From sequence record PZ347775.1: a DNA stretch of 64,000 bases, one strand, 5' to 3'. Each line of letters starts with the position of its first letter. Within the stretch, counting starts at the first letter, position 1. This stretch comes from a phage. The notes beneath the pieces are model-generated. The model had not been told where the DNA came from and did no database searches. It saw only the letters and a program-made list of their open reading frames with translations. This document shows positions 16,932 to 28,945 of the stretch, in pieces. The translations under genes and the position numbers were made by a program.

Positions 16932-18642
16932 TAACCTTAATTGGTTTGTTGGTGTTGTTGAAGATAGAATGGACCCATTAAAATTAGGTCGTGTTCGTGT
17001 TCGTGTAGTTGGTCTGCATCCACCTCAAAGAGCACAAGGCGACGTAATGGGTATTCCAACTGATAAATTACCATGGATGTCGGTTATTCAACCTATAACT
17101 TCTGCAGCAATGTCTGGAATTGGAGGCTCCGTTACTGGTCCGGTAGAAGGAACTAGAGTTTATGGTCATTTTTTAGACAAATGGAAAACTAACGGAATTG
17201 TCCTTGGCACATATGGCGGAATAGTTCGCGAAAAACCTAATAGACTTGAAGGATTTTCTGACCCAACTGGACAGTATCCTAGACGTCTAGGAAATGATAC
17301 TAACGTATTAAACCAAGGCGGAGAAGTAGGATATGATTCGTCTTCTAATATTATCCAAGATAGCAATCTAGACACTGCGATAAATCCTGATGATAGACCA
17401 CTATCAGAAATTCCAACTGATGATAATCCAAATATGTCAATGGCTGAAATGCTTCGCCGTGATGAAGGATTAAGACTAAAAGTTTATTGGGATACTGAAG
17501 GATATCCGACAATTGGCATTGGTCATCTTATCATGAAGCAACCAGTTCGTGATATGGCCCAAATTAATAAAGTTTTATCAAAACAAGTTGGTCGTGAAAT
17601 TACCGGAAATCCAGGTTCTATTACAATGGAAGAAGCGGTAGCTTTATTTGAACGTGATTTGGCTGATATGCAACGTGACATTAAATCGCATTCTAAAGTT
17701 GGCCCAGTTTGGCAAGCAGTTAATCGTTCTCGTCAAATGGCATTAGAAAATATGGCATTTCAGATGGGTGTTGGCGGTGTAGCTAAATTTAACACAATGT
17801 TAACTGCTATGTTAGCCGGAGATTGGGAAAAAGCATATAAAGCTGGTCGTGATTCATTGTGGTATCAACAAACAAAAGGCCGTGCATCCCGTGTTACCAT
17901 GATTATTCTTACAGGGAATTTGGAATCATACGGTATTGAAGTGAAAACACCGGCTAGGTCTTTGTCAGCAATGGCTGCTACTGTAGCAAAGTCTTCTGAT
18001 CCAGCTGACCCTCCTATTCCGAATGATTCGAGAATTTTATTTAAAGAACCTGTTTCTTCATATAAAGGTGAATATCCGTATGTTCACACAATGGAAACTG
18101 AAAGCGGTCATATTCAGGAATTTGACGATACCCCGGGACAAGAACGATACAGATTAGTTCATCCGACTGGAACATATGAGGAAGTATCACCGTCAGGAAG
18201 AAGAACAAGAAAAACTGTTGATAATTTGTATGATATAACAAATGCTGATGGTAATTTTTTGGTAGCTGGCGATAAAAAGACTAACGTCGGTGGGTCAGAA
18301 ATTTATTACAACATGGATAATCGTCTCCACCAAATAGATGGAAGCAATACAATATTTGTACGTGGCGATGAAACTAAGACAGTTGAAGGTAATGGAACTA
18401 TCCTAGTTAAAGGTAATGTTACTATTGTAGTTGAAGGTAATGCTGACATTACAGTTAAAGGGGATGCTACTACTTTAGTTGAAGGAAATCAAACTAATAC
18501 AGTAAATGGAAATCTTTCTTGGAAAGTTGCTGGGACAGTTGATTGGGACGTTGGTGGTGATTGGACAGAAAAAATGGCATCTATGAGTTCTATTTCATCT
18601 GGTCAATACACAATTGATGGATCGAGGGTTGACATTGGCTAA
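16915..18642 (+). CDS. 5: baseplate hub / tail lysozyme gp5
   Basis: 575 aa; central lysozyme domain resembling gene e product; C-terminal VxGxxxxx beta-helix repeats. Confidence 0.95.
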   Translation: MEMISNNLNWFVGVVEDRMDPLKLGRVRVRVVGLHPPQRAQGDVMGIPTDKLPWMSVIQPITSAAMSGIGGSVTGPVEGTRVYGHFLDKWKTNGIVLGTYGGIVREKPNRLEGFSDPTGQYPRRLGNDTNVLNQGGEVGYDSSSNIIQDSNLDTAINPDDRPLSEIPTDDNPNMSMAEMLRRDEGLRLKVYWDTEGYPTIGIGHLIMKQPVRDMAQINKVLSKQVGREITGNPGSITMEEAVALFERDLADMQRDIKSHSKVGPVWQAVNRSRQMALENMAFQMGVGGVAKFNTMLTAMLAGDWEKAYKAGRDSLWYQQTKGRASRVTMIILTGNLESYGIEVKTPARSLSAMAATVAKSSDPADPPIPNDSRILFKEPVSSYKGEYPYVHTMETESGHIQEFDDTPGQERYRLVHPTGTYEEVSPSGRRTRKTVDNLYDITNADGNFLVAGDKKTNVGGSEIYYNMDNRLHQIDGSNTIFVRGDETKTVEGNGTILVKGNVTIVVEGNADITVKGDATTLVEGNQTNTVNGNLSWKVAGTVDWDVGGDWTEKMASMSSISSGQYTIDGSRVDIG

Positions 18643-18652
18643 TATACTTCCA

Positions 18653-19171
18653 ATGAGCGCTGATTTAGGAGAATCCATGGAAGGTTCTTCTATCGACGTC
18701 ACCTTTACCGCTCAATTAGAAACAGGTGAAACGTTAGTATCTATAAATATAACTAGTTACGAAGAAACTCCTGGGGTTTTAGTAGAAGAAAATCGTTTAT
18801 ATGGAACGTATGAATCTGTATTTGGATTTGGAAATGATGCGTTGAAATATCGTTTAGATAATGAATTTAAAACCGCTGCTTCATGGGAAGACCTTCCAAC
18901 TGATTCTAATACTCAGTTATATTTATGGAAAGCTCCTCAAAACCTCCAGAAGACATTCACTTACGAAGTAACATTAATATATGACTACCAAGAACAAGGT
19001 GAATCTGGAGGTTCTGGCAGTAATTCTAGGTCATCTTCTGATACTACTGAACCAACGAATCCTCCAGCTCCAATAAGAAAAACTCTTGTTAAAAATTACA
19101 CAAAAACTATAGTTGGAAATTGGAGTCGTTGGGCTAATAAATTGAGAAGCTATGTGTATGAGAGGCCATAA
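18653..19171 (+). CDS. 5.1: gp5.1 hypothetical protein
   Basis: start set at first ATG after gp5 stop; ORF-track start 18614 lies inside gene 5. Confidence 0.6.
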
Positions 19172-19465
19172 ATGTCAGGATTAAGTTATGATAAGTGTGT
19201 TACTGCCGGCCATGAAGCATGGCCTCCAACAGTTGTGAATGCTACGCAAAGTAAAGTATTCACTGGAGGAATTGCTGTTCTCGTAGCAGGTGATCCAATT
19301 ACAGAACATACAGAAATTAAAAAGCCATATGAAACACATGGCGGAGTGACACAACCTAGAACTTCTAAGGTATATGTCACTGGAAAGAAAGCTGTTCAAA
19401 TGGCTGATCCAATATCATGCGGTGATACTGTGGCTCAGGCATCATCTAAAGTATTCATTAAATAG
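19172..19465 (+). CDS. 5.4: PAAR-repeat spike tip protein gp5.4
   Basis: 97 aa, same length and position as T4 gp5.4. Confidence 0.85.
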
Positions 19466-19473
19466 GATTTAAA

Positions 19474-21456
19474 ATGGCAAATACCCCTGTAAATTATCAA
19501 TTAACAAGAACAGCAAATGCTATTCCCGAGATATTCGTCGGGGGCACATTTGCTGAAATAAAACAAAACCTCATTGAATGGCTTAATGGTCAAAATGAAT
19601 TTTTGGATTATGATTTTGAAGGCTCAAGATTAAACGTTCTGTGTGACCTTTTGGCTTATAATACATTGTACATTCAGCAGTTTGGTAATGCTGCCGTGTA
19701 TGAAAGCTTTATGCGTACTGCTAACTTACGTAGTTCAGTAGTTCAAGCGGCACAAGATAATGGATATTTACCTACTTCAAAATCAGCTGCTCAAACTGAA
19801 ATTATGCTAACTTGTACAGACGCATTGAATAGAAATTACATTACTATTCCTCGTGGTACTCGCTTTTTAGCATATGCAAAAGATACTTCAGTTAATCCTT
19901 ACAACTTTGTATCTACTGAAGATGTTATTGCTATTCGTGATAAAAATAACCAATATTTTCCACGTTTAAAATTGGCCCAGGGACGTATAGTAAGAACTGA
20001 AATCATTTATGATAAATTAACACCTATTATCATTTATGACAAAAATATTGATAGAAACCAGGTTAAATTATATGTTGATGGAGCGGAATGGATTAACTGG
20101 ACAAGAAAGTCAATGGTTCATGCTGGTTCTACATCAACAATTTACTACATGCGTGAAACTATTGATGGAAATACTGAGTTTTATTTTGGTGAAGGTGAGA
20201 TTTCTGTTAATGCGGCAGAAGGAGCATTGACTGCTAATTATATTGGGGGTCTTAAACCTACCCAGAACTCTACGATTGTTATTGAGTACATCAGTACTAA
20301 CGGCGCAGATGCGAATGGCGCAGTCGGATTTTCATATGCAGATACATTGACAAATATAACTGTCATCAACATTAATGAAAATCCAAACGATGACCCAGAT
20401 TTTGTTGGGGCAGATGGCGGCGGCGATCCAGAAGATATTGAACGTATTCGTGAATTGGGTACTATTAAACGCGAAACCCAGCAACGCTGCGTAACTGCGA
20501 CTGACTATGATACATTCGTTTCAGAGAGATTTGGTTCTATTATTCAAGCCGTTCAGACTTTCACTGATTCTACTAAACCTGGTTATGCATTTATTGCTGC
20601 TAAACCTAAATCAGGATTGTATTTAACTACTGTGCAGCGTGAAGATATTAAAAATTATCTCAAAGATTATAATTTAGCACCTATTACACCATCAATTATT
20701 TCTCCTAATTATCTTTTCATTAAGACTAATTTAAAAGTCACATATGCTTTAAATAAGCTGCAAGAATCTGAACAGTGGCTTGAAGGTCAAATAATTGATA
20801 AAATTGACCGCTATTATACTGAAGATGTAGAAATTTTTAACTCGTCTTTTGCCAAGTCTAAGATGTTAACTTATGTAGATGATGCAGATCATTCTATCAT
20901 TGGTTCATCAGCGACTATTCAAATGGTTCGTGAAGTACAAAACTTCTATAAAACGCCTGAAGCAGGTATTAAATACAATAATCAAATAAAAGATCGTTCT
21001 ATGGAATCTAATACGTTTTCATTTAATTCTGGACGAAAAGTTGTGAATCCTGATACTGGTTTAGAAGAAGATGTATTATATGACGTTCGCATAGTATCAA
21101 CAGACCGAGATTCTAAAGGAATTGGTAAAGTTATTATTGGTCCATTTGCTTCTGGCGATGTTACAGAAAATGAAAACATTCAGCCGTATACAGGCAACGA
21201 TTTTAACAAATTAGCAAATTCTGATGGACGCGACAAATACTATGTTATCGGTGAAATAAATTATCCAGCTGATGTGATTTACTGGAATATCGCTAAAATT
21301 AATTTAACATCTGAAAAATTTGAAGTTCAGACCATTGAATTATATTCTGACCCAACAGATGATGTTATTTTTACTCGCGACGGTTCACTGATTGTATTTG
21401 AAAATGACTTACGTCCACAATACTTAACTATCGATTTGGAGCCTATATCACAATGA
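19474..21456 (+). CDS. 6: baseplate wedge protein gp6
   Basis: 660 aa as in T4. Confidence 0.95.
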   Translation: MANTPVNYQLTRTANAIPEIFVGGTFAEIKQNLIEWLNGQNEFLDYDFEGSRLNVLCDLLAYNTLYIQQFGNAAVYESFMRTANLRSSVVQAAQDNGYLPTSKSAAQTEIMLTCTDALNRNYITIPRGTRFLAYAKDTSVNPYNFVSTEDVIAIRDKNNQYFPRLKLAQGRIVRTEIIYDKLTPIIIYDKNIDRNQVKLYVDGAEWINWTRKSMVHAGSTSTIYYMRETIDGNTEFYFGEGEISVNAAEGALTANYIGGLKPTQNSTIVIEYISTNGADANGAVGFSYADTLTNITVININENPNDDPDFVGADGGGDPEDIERIRELGTIKRETQQRCVTATDYDTFVSERFGSIIQAVQTFTDSTKPGYAFIAAKPKSGLYLTTVQREDIKNYLKDYNLAPITPSIISPNYLFIKTNLKVTYALNKLQESEQWLEGQIIDKIDRYYTEDVEIFNSSFAKSKMLTYVDDADHSIIGSSATIQMVREVQNFYKTPEAGIKYNNQIKDRSMESNTFSFNSGRKVVNPDTGLEEDVLYDVRIVSTDRDSKGIGKVIIGPFASGDVTENENIQPYTGNDFNKLANSDGRDKYYVIGEINYPADVIYWNIAKINLTSEKFEVQTIELYSDPTDDVIFTRDGSLIVFENDLRPQYLTIDLEPISQ

Positions 21457-24400
21457 CAGTAAAAGCACCTTCAGTCACTAGTCTCAGAATTTCCAAGTTA
21501 TCCGCAAATCAGGTGCAAGTACGCTGGGATGACGTTGGTGCTAATTTCTACTATTTTGTAGAAATCGCTGAGACAAAAACAAACTCGGGGGAAAATCTCC
21601 CGAGTAATCAATACAGATGGATTAACTTAGGATATACTGCAAATAACAGCTTCTTTTTTGATGATGCTGACCCGTTGACATCATACGTTATTAGAGTAGC
21701 TACAGCTGCGCAAGATTTTGAGCAGTCTGATTGGATTTATACCGAAGAGTTTGAAACTTTTGCTACAAATGCTTATACATTTCAAAACATGATTGAAATG
21801 CAATTAGCTAATAAATTCATTCAGGAAAAATTTACTCTTAATAATTCTGATTATGTCAATTTTAATAATGACACTATAATGGCTGCATTAATGAATGAAT
21901 CATTTCAGTTCAGCCCATCATATGTTGACGTTTCATCAATAAGCAATTTTATTATTGGTGAAAATGAGTATCATGAAATACAGGGTTCTATTCAGCAAGT
22001 ATGTAAGGATATTAACCGAGTTTATTTGATGGAATCAGAAGGGATTCTATACCTTTTTGAGCGTTATCAACCTGTAGTTAAAGTATCCAATGATAAAGGA
22101 CAAACTTGGAAAGCTGTAAAGCTCTTCAATGACCGCGTAGGATATCCTTTATCTAAGACAGTATATTACCAATCTGCGAACACAACATACGTTCTAGGAT
22201 ACGACAAGATTTTCTATGGCCGCAAATCGACTGATGTTAGATGGTCAGCTGACGATGTCAGATTTAGTTCTCAGGATATAACATTCGCTAAACTTGGCGA
22301 CCAATTACATTTAGGATTTGATGTAGAAATTTTTGCTACTTACGCAACTTTGCCAGCGAATGTATATCGCATTGCAGAAGCTATTACTTGCACCGATGAT
22401 TACATTTATGTTGTCGCCAGAGACAAAGTTAGATACATAAAAACAAGCAATGCACCCATAGATTCTGATCCATTATCTCCAACATATTCGGAAAGGCTTT
22501 TTGAACCTGATACAATGACTATAACCGGAAATCCTAAAGCAGTATGCTATAAAATGGATTCTATCGGTGATAAAGTTTTTGCTCTTATTATTGGTGAAGT
22601 TGAAACATTAAATGCTAATCCTAGAACATCAAAAATAATTGATTCTGCTGATAAAGGAATATATGTTTTAAATCATGACACAAAAACATGGAAAAGAGTT
22701 TTTGGCAACACTGAAGAAGAAAGAAGACGTATTCAACCAGGGTATGCGAATATGTCAACTGATGGTAAATTAGTTTCTCTATCATCGAGCAATTTTAAAT
22801 TTTTAAGTGATAATGTTGTTAATGACCCTGAAACTGCAGTAAAATATCAGTTAATCGGTGCTGTTAAATATGAATTTCCTCGTGAATGGTTAGCTGATAA
22901 GCATTATCATATGATGGCATTTATAGCAGATGAAAAGTCTGATTGGGAAACTTTTACTCCTCAGCCGATGAAATACTATGCAGAACCATTCTTTAACTGG
23001 TCTAAAAAATCTAACACACGTTGTTGGATAAACAACTCTGATAGGGTTGTAGTAGTTTATGCTGATTTAAAATACACTAAAGTTATAGAAAATATTCCGG
23101 AAACATCACCAGATAGATTAGTTCATGAATATTGGGATGATGGCGATTGTACTATAGTAATGCCAAATGTTAAATTCACTGGATTTAAAAAATATGCATC
23201 TGGGATGCTTTTCTATAAAGCCTCTGGCGAAATAATTTCTTACTATGATTTTAACTATCGTGTTAGAGACACTGTCGAAATTATTTGGAAGCCAACTGAA
23301 GTATTTTTAAAAGCATTTTTACAAAACCAAGAGCATGAAACTCCTTGGTCGCCCGAAGAAGAGCGTGGATTAGCTGACCCTGATTTAAGACCATTGATTG
23401 GCACAATGATGCCTGATTCTTATTTGTTACAGGATTCGAATTTTGAGGCATTTTGCGAAGCATATATTCAGTATCTTTCTGATGGATATGGAACCCAGTA
23501 TAATAATTTACGAAATTTAATTCGTAACAAATATCCACGAGAAGAGCATGCATGGGAATATTTGTGGTCAGAGATATATAAAAGAAACATTTATTTAAAT
23601 GCTGACAAACGCGATGCTGTTGCAAGATTTTTCGAATCACGTAGCTATGATTTTTATTCTACTAAAGGAATTGAAGCATCATACAAATTTCTTTTTAAAG
23701 TTCTTTATAATGAAGAGGTTGAAATTGAAATTGAATCTGGGGCTGGTACTGAATATGATATAATCGTTCAATCTGATTCTTTGACTGAAGACTTAGTAGG
23801 ACAAACGATTTATACAGCCACAGGAAGATGTAATGTTACTTATATAGAAAGAAGCTATTCTAATGGTAAATTGCAATGGACCGTAACTATTCATAATCTT
23901 TTGGGAAGATTGATTGCCGGTCAAGAAGTTAAAGCAGAAAGACTTCCTAGTTTTGAAGGCGAAATTATTCGTGGCGTTAAAGGAAAGGATTTGCTTCAAA
24001 ACAATATAGACTATATTAATAGAAGTAGATCATACTATGTAATGAAAATTAAATCCAATTTACCTTCTTCCCGCTGGAAATCTGACGTTATTCGTTTTGT
24101 TCATCCAGTAGGATTTGGATTTATAGCAATTACCCTTTTAACAATGTTTATTAATGTTGGTTTAACTCTTAAACATACAGAGACTATAATTAATAAATAC
24201 AAAAACTATAAATGGGATTCTGGATTGCCTACTGAATACGCTGATAGAGTAGCTAAATTGACTCCAACTGGAGAAATTGAGCATGATTCAGTAACAGGCG
24301 AAGCAATTTATGAGCCTGGCCCAATGGCTGGCGTAAAATATCCTCTTCCTGGTGACTATAATGCTGAAAATAATAATTCAATATTTCAAGGTCAATTGCC

Positions 24401-24551
24401 GTCTGAACGACGTAAATTAATGAGTCCTTTATTTGATGCATCTGGAACAACATTTGCACAATTTAGGGATTTAGTTAATAAACGTCTAAAAGATAATATA
24501 GGAAATCCAAGAGACCCTGAAAATCCAACACAGGTTAAAATAGATGAATGA
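21453..24551 (+). CDS. 7: baseplate wedge initiator gp7
   Basis: 1032 aa as in T4; ATGA overlap with gene 6. Confidence 0.95.
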   Translation: MTVKAPSVTSLRISKLSANQVQVRWDDVGANFYYFVEIAETKTNSGENLPSNQYRWINLGYTANNSFFFDDADPLTSYVIRVATAAQDFEQSDWIYTEEFETFATNAYTFQNMIEMQLANKFIQEKFTLNNSDYVNFNNDTIMAALMNESFQFSPSYVDVSSISNFIIGENEYHEIQGSIQQVCKDINRVYLMESEGILYLFERYQPVVKVSNDKGQTWKAVKLFNDRVGYPLSKTVYYQSANTTYVLGYDKIFYGRKSTDVRWSADDVRFSSQDITFAKLGDQLHLGFDVEIFATYATLPANVYRIAEAITCTDDYIYVVARDKVRYIKTSNAPIDSDPLSPTYSERLFEPDTMTITGNPKAVCYKMDSIGDKVFALIIGEVETLNANPRTSKIIDSADKGIYVLNHDTKTWKRVFGNTEEERRRIQPGYANMSTDGKLVSLSSSNFKFLSDNVVNDPETAVKYQLIGAVKYEFPREWLADKHYHMMAFIADEKSDWETFTPQPMKYYAEPFFNWSKKSNTRCWINNSDRVVVVYADLKYTKVIENIPETSPDRLVHEYWDDGDCTIVMPNVKFTGFKKYASGMLFYKASGEIISYYDFNYRVRDTVEIIWKPTEVFLKAFLQNQEHETPWSPEEERGLADPDLRPLIGTMMPDSYLLQDSNFEAFCEAYIQYLSDGYGTQYNNLRNLIRNKYPREEHAWEYLWSEIYKRNIYLNADKRDAVARFFESRSYDFYSTKGIEASYKFLFKVLYNEEVEIEIESGAGTEYDIIVQSDSLTEDLVGQTIYTATGRCNVTYIERSYSNGKLQWTVTIHNLLGRLIAGQEVKAERLPSFEGEIIRGVKGKDLLQNNIDYINRSRSYYVMKIKSNLPSSRWKSDVIRFVHPVGFGFIAITLLTMFINVGLTLKHTETIINKYKNYKWDSGLPTEYADRVAKLTPTGEIEHDSVTGEAIYEPGPMAGVKYPLPGDYNAENNNSIFQGQLPSERRKLMSPLFDASGTTFAQFRDLVNKRLKDNIGNPRDPENPTQVKIDE

Positions 24552-25548
24552 TTCAAGTGTTATCTATCGTGCGATAGTTACTTCAAAATTTAGAACAGAA
24601 AAAATGTTGAATTTTTATAATTCAATTGGAAGTGGTCCGGATAAAAACACTATCTTTATCACATTTGGAAGATCAGAACCATGGTCATCAAATGAAAATG
24701 AGGCGGGCTTTGCCCCGCCTTATCCCACTGATTCTGTATTAGGTGTAACTGATATGTGGACACATATGATGGGAACAGTAAAGGTTCTTCCATCAATGCT
24801 TGATGCTGTTATTCCTCGCAGAGATTGGGGAGATACTAGATATCCGGATCCATACACATTTAGAATTAACGATATTGTAGTGTGTAACTCAGCTCCTTAC
24901 AATGCTACTGAATCAGGCGCAGGCTGGCTAGTATATCGTTGTTTAGATGTTCCTGATACTGGAATGTGTTCAATAACATCTTTAACTGATAAGGATGAAT
25001 GCCTCAAATTAGGTGGAAAATGGACTCCTTCTGCTAGGTCAATGACTCCTCCTGAAGGTCGAGGAGACGCGGAAGGAACAATCGAACCCGGCGACGGATA
25101 TGTTTGGGAATATCTTTTTGAGATTCCGCCTGATGTATCTATAAATAGATGCACGAATGAATATATCGTGGTTCCTTGGCCTGAGGAATTAAAAGAAGAC
25201 CCGGCTAGATGGGGGTATGAAGATAATCTCACTTGGCAACAAGATGATTTTGGATTAATTTACCGTGTTAAGGCAAATACTATCCGTTTTAAAGCATATT
25301 TAGATTCAGTTTATTTTCCTGAAGCTGCACTGCCGGGAAATAAAGGATTTAGACAAATATCAATAATCACGAATCCTCTTGAAGCTAAAGCTAATCCAAA
25401 TGACCCAAACGTTAAAGCTGAAAAGGATTATTATGATCCGGAAGATTTAATGAGGCATTCGGGCGAAATGATTTATATGGAAAATAGGCCACCTATTATC
25501 ATGGCAATGGATCAAACAGAAGAAATCAATATTCTGTTTACATTTTAA
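24544..25548 (+). CDS. 8: baseplate wedge protein gp8
   Basis: 334 aa as in T4. Confidence 0.95.
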   Translation: MNDSSVIYRAIVTSKFRTEKMLNFYNSIGSGPDKNTIFITFGRSEPWSSNENEAGFAPPYPTDSVLGVTDMWTHMMGTVKVLPSMLDAVIPRRDWGDTRYPDPYTFRINDIVVCNSAPYNATESGAGWLVYRCLDVPDTGMCSITSLTDKDECLKLGGKWTPSARSMTPPEGRGDAEGTIEPGDGYVWEYLFEIPPDVSINRCTNEYIVVPWPEELKEDPARWGYEDNLTWQQDDFGLIYRVKANTIRFKAYLDSVYFPEAALPGNKGFRQISIITNPLEAKANPNDPNVKAEKDYYDPEDLMRHSGEMIYMENRPPIIMAMDQTEEINILFTF

Positions 25549-25553
25549 CTTAA

Positions 25554-25580
25554 GGGAGCCCATGGGCTCCCTTTTTCTTT
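25554..25580 (+). terminator. rho-independent terminator after gene 8
   Basis: GGGAGCCC-ATG-GGCTCCC hairpin followed by TTTTTCTTT. Confidence 0.7.
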
Positions 25581-25587
25581 ATAAATA
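25580..25587 (+). promoter_or_regulatory. late promoter (TATAAATA) for gene 9
   Basis: exact TATAAATA 24 nt upstream of gene 9 ATG. Confidence 0.6.
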
Positions 25588-25611
25588 CTATAAACTCATA
25601 AGGAAACCGCT

Positions 25612-26478
25612 ATGTTCATTCAAGAACCAAAGAAATTGATTGATACCGGCGAAATTGGTAACGCTTCTACTGGTGATATCTTATTCGACGGTGGTAATAA
25701 AATTAATAGTGATTTTAACGCAATTTATAACGCGTTTGGCGATCAACGCAAAATGGCAGTAGCAAATGGCACTGGAGCAGATGGCCAAATTATCCATGCT
25801 ACTGGATATTATCAAAAACACTCTATTACAGAGTACGCAACTCCAGTAAAAGTTGGCACTAGGCATGATATTGATACCTCTACTGTAGGTGTTAAAGTTA
25901 TCATTGAAAGAGGCGAACTCGGCGATTGTGTTGAATTCATTAACTCAAATGGATCAATATCAGTTACTAATCCTTTAACAATTCAAGCTATTGATTCAAT
26001 TAAAGGTGTTTCGGGTAATTTAGTAGTAACTAGTCCATATAGTAAAGTTACTTTACGCTGTATTTCATCTGATAATTCTACATCGGTTTGGAACTATTCT
26101 ATTGAAAGTATGTTTGGGCAAAAGGAATCACCAGCTGAAGGTACATGGAATATTTCTACAACCGGATCAGTTGATATTCCACTATTTCATCGCACTGAAT
26201 ACAATATGGCTAAATTGTTAGTTACATGCCAATCAGTAGATGGAAGAAAAATTAAAACAGCAGAAATAAATATTCTTGTGGATACTGTTAATTCAGAGGT
26301 AATTTCTTCTGAATATGCTGTCATGCGAGTTGGTAATGAAACCGAAGAAGACGAAATCGCTAATATTGCATTTAGTATTAAAGAAAATTATGTAACGGCG
26401 ACTATAAGTTCTTCAACTGTCGGTATGAGAGCAGCAGTTAAAGTTATCGCTACGCAGAAAATCGGGGTGGCTCAATAA
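25612..26478 (+). CDS. 9: baseplate wedge / long tail fibre socket gp9
   Basis: 288 aa as in T4. Confidence 0.95.
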   Translation: MFIQEPKKLIDTGEIGNASTGDILFDGGNKINSDFNAIYNAFGDQRKMAVANGTGADGQIIHATGYYQKHSITEYATPVKVGTRHDIDTSTVGVKVIIERGELGDCVEFINSNGSISVTNPLTIQAIDSIKGVSGNLVVTSPYSKVTLRCISSDNSTSVWNYSIESMFGQKESPAEGTWNISTTGSVDIPLFHRTEYNMAKLLVTCQSVDGRKIKTAEINILVDTVNSEVISSEYAVMRVGNETEEDEIANIAFSIKENYVTATISSSTVGMRAAVKVIATQKIGVAQ

Positions 26479-28286
26479 TGAAACAAAATATTAATATCGG
26501 TAATGTTGTAGATGATGGTACCGGTGACTACCTGCGTAAAGGTGGTATAAAAATAAATGAAAACTTTGATGAGCTTTATTATGAACTCGGTGATGGTGAT
26601 GTTCCATATTCAGCCGGTGCCTGGAAAACTTATGATGCTTCATCAGGACAAACATTAACAGCAGAATGGGGAAAATCATACGCTATTAATACATCTTCTG
26701 GAAGAGTGACTATAAATCTTCCAAAGGGTACAGTTAATGATTACAACAAGGTAATTAGAGCCAGAGACGTATTTGCTACATGGAACGTTAATCCAGTTAC
26801 ACTAGTAGCTGCTTCCGGTGATACGATTAAAGGGTCTGCAGTACCAGTTGAAATTAATGTTCAATTCAGTGATTTAGAACTAGTGTATTGTGCCCCAGGA
26901 CGTTGGGAATATGTCAAAAATAAACAAATTGACAAAATTACCAGTTCAGACATTAGTAATGTAGCTCGTAAAGAATTTTTAGTCGAAGTCCAAGGACAAA
27001 CGGACTTTTTAGATGTTTTCCGTGGAACTAGTTATAATGTAAATAACATCAGAGTAAAACATCGCGGTAACGAATTGTATTACGGTGATGTATTTAGCGA
27101 AAACAGCGATTTTGGCTCTCCGGGCGAAAATGAAGGTGAATTAGTTCCTCTTGATGGATTTAATATTCGATTAAGACAGCCTTGTAATATTGGTGACACT
27201 GTTCAAATCGAAACATTTATGGATGGTGTATCGCAGTGGAGAAGTTCATATACAAGACGTCAAATTAGATTGTTAGATTCAAAATTAACGTCAAAAACTT
27301 CTCTAGAAGGAAGTATTTACGTTACTGATTTATCAACAATGAAATCAATTCCATTTTCTGCTTTTGGATTAATTCCAGGAGAACCTATTAATCCTAACTC
27401 TCTTGAAGTTCGTTTTAATGGAATTTTGCAGGAATTGGCTGGCACAGCTGGAATGCCATTATTTCATTGTGTTGGTGCCGATTCAGACGATGAAGTAGAA
27501 TGCTCTGTTTTAGGTGGAACTTGGGAACAATCTCATACCGATTATTCAGTTGAAACTGATGAAAACGGCATACCGGAAATTTTACATTTCGATAGAGTAT
27601 TTGAGCATGGTGACATTATCAATATCACCTGGTTTAATAATGATTTGGGTACATTATTAACAAAAGATGAGATTATTGATGAAACCGATAATCTCTATGT
27701 ATCGCAAGGGCCGGGAGTAGATATTTCTGGTGATGTAAATTTAACAGACTTCGATAAAATTGGTTGGCCAAATGTAGAAGCAGTTCAATCTTATCAACGC
27801 GAATTTAATGCTGTTTCAAATATCTTTGATACGATTTATCCTATTGGAACTATATATGAAAACGCTGTTAATCCAAACAACCCTGTTACATATATGGGAT
27901 TCGGCTCATGGAAATTATTTGGGCAAGGAAAAGTTTTAGTTGGATGGAATGAAGATATTTCGGACCCTAACTTTGCTCTAAATAACAATGATTTAGATTC
28001 TGATGGAAATCCTTCGCATACTGCAGGTGGAACAGGTGGTTCTACTTCTGTTACATTGGAAAATGCTAATCTTCCTGCAACTGAAACAGATGAAGAAGTT
28101 CTAATAGTTGATGAAAATGGATCAGTCATTGTTGGTGGGTGTCAATACGATCCAGATGAATCCGGTCCAATTTACACTAAATACCGTGAAGCTAAAGCAT
28201 CTACTAACTCTACTCATACTCCGCCAACATCAATAACTAACATTCAACCATATATTACAGTTTATCGTTGGATAAGGATTGCATAA
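26478..28286 (+). CDS. 10: baseplate wedge / tail pin gp10
   Basis: 602 aa as in T4. Confidence 0.95.
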   Translation: MKQNINIGNVVDDGTGDYLRKGGIKINENFDELYYELGDGDVPYSAGAWKTYDASSGQTLTAEWGKSYAINTSSGRVTINLPKGTVNDYNKVIRARDVFATWNVNPVTLVAASGDTIKGSAVPVEINVQFSDLELVYCAPGRWEYVKNKQIDKITSSDISNVARKEFLVEVQGQTDFLDVFRGTSYNVNNIRVKHRGNELYYGDVFSENSDFGSPGENEGELVPLDGFNIRLRQPCNIGDTVQIETFMDGVSQWRSSYTRRQIRLLDSKLTSKTSLEGSIYVTDLSTMKSIPFSAFGLIPGEPINPNSLEVRFNGILQELAGTAGMPLFHCVGADSDDEVECSVLGGTWEQSHTDYSVETDENGIPEILHFDRVFEHGDIINITWFNNDLGTLLTKDEIIDETDNLYVSQGPGVDISGDVNLTDFDKIGWPNVEAVQSYQREFNAVSNIFDTIYPIGTIYENAVNPNNPVTYMGFGSWKLFGQGKVLVGWNEDISDPNFALNNNDLDSDGNPSHTAGGTGGSTSVTLENANLPATETDEEVLIVDENGSVIVGGCQYDPDESGPIYTKYREAKASTNSTHTPPTSITNIQPYITVYRWIRIA

Positions 28287-28945
28287 TGAGTTTACTTAAT
28301 AATAAAGCGGGAGTTATTTCCCGCTTAGCAGATTTTCTTGGTTTTAGACCTAAAGCTGGTAATATAGACGTAATGAATCGTCAATCAGTTGGGTCAGTGA
28401 CAATTTCTCAATTAGCGAAAGGATTTTATGAACCTAACGTAGAATCAGCTATTAATGATGTTCATAATTTTTCTATAAAAGACGTTGGTACAATTATTAC
28501 TAATAAAACTGGTGTTTCTCCTGAGGGTGTTTCTCAAACTGATTATTGGGCATTTTCAGGAACTGTGACAGATGATTCGCTTCCTCCTGGTTCTCCTGTT
28601 ACTGTATTAGTATTTGGTCTTCCAGTTTCAGCAACAACCGGAATGACAGCTATCGAGTTTGTTGCCAAAGTTCGCGTTGCACTGCAAGAAGCTATTGCGT
28701 CATTTACTGCTATCAACTCATATAAAGACCATCCAACAGATGGTAGTAAATTAGAAGTTACTTATTTAGATAATCAAAAACATGTATTAAGCACATATTC
28801 TACATATGGAATAACTATTTCGCAGGAAATTATTTCTGAGTCTAAACCTGGCTATGGTACATGGAATTTATTAGGCGCACAAACTGTAACTTTAGATAAT
28901 CAGCAGACTCCTACAGTATTTTATCATTTTGAGAGAACAGCATGA
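28286..28945 (+). CDS. 11: baseplate wedge / tail pin gp11
   Basis: start set at MSLLNNK (219 aa, TAATG overlap with gene 10); ORF-track start 28268 is inside gene 10. Confidence 0.9.
   Translation: MSLLNNKAGVISRLADFLGFRPKAGNIDVMNRQSVGSVTISQLAKGFYEPNVESAINDVHNFSIKDVGTIITNKTGVSPEGVSQTDYWAFSGTVTDDSLPPGSPVTVLVFGLPVSATTGMTAIEFVAKVRVALQEAIASFTAINSYKDHPTDGSKLEVTYLDNQKHVLSTYSTYGITISQEIISESKPGYGTWNLLGAQTVTLDNQQTPTVFYHFERTA

Noticed and set aside
17166-17375. Antisense and out-of-frame ORFs of 60-130 aa inside structural genes (for example 17166-17375, 23281-23640, 29223-29510, 42684-43028, 43537-43935, 58463-58801)
   Set aside because: Each is fully nested in a long, well-supported structural gene on the opposite strand or another frame and has no ribosome-binding site.
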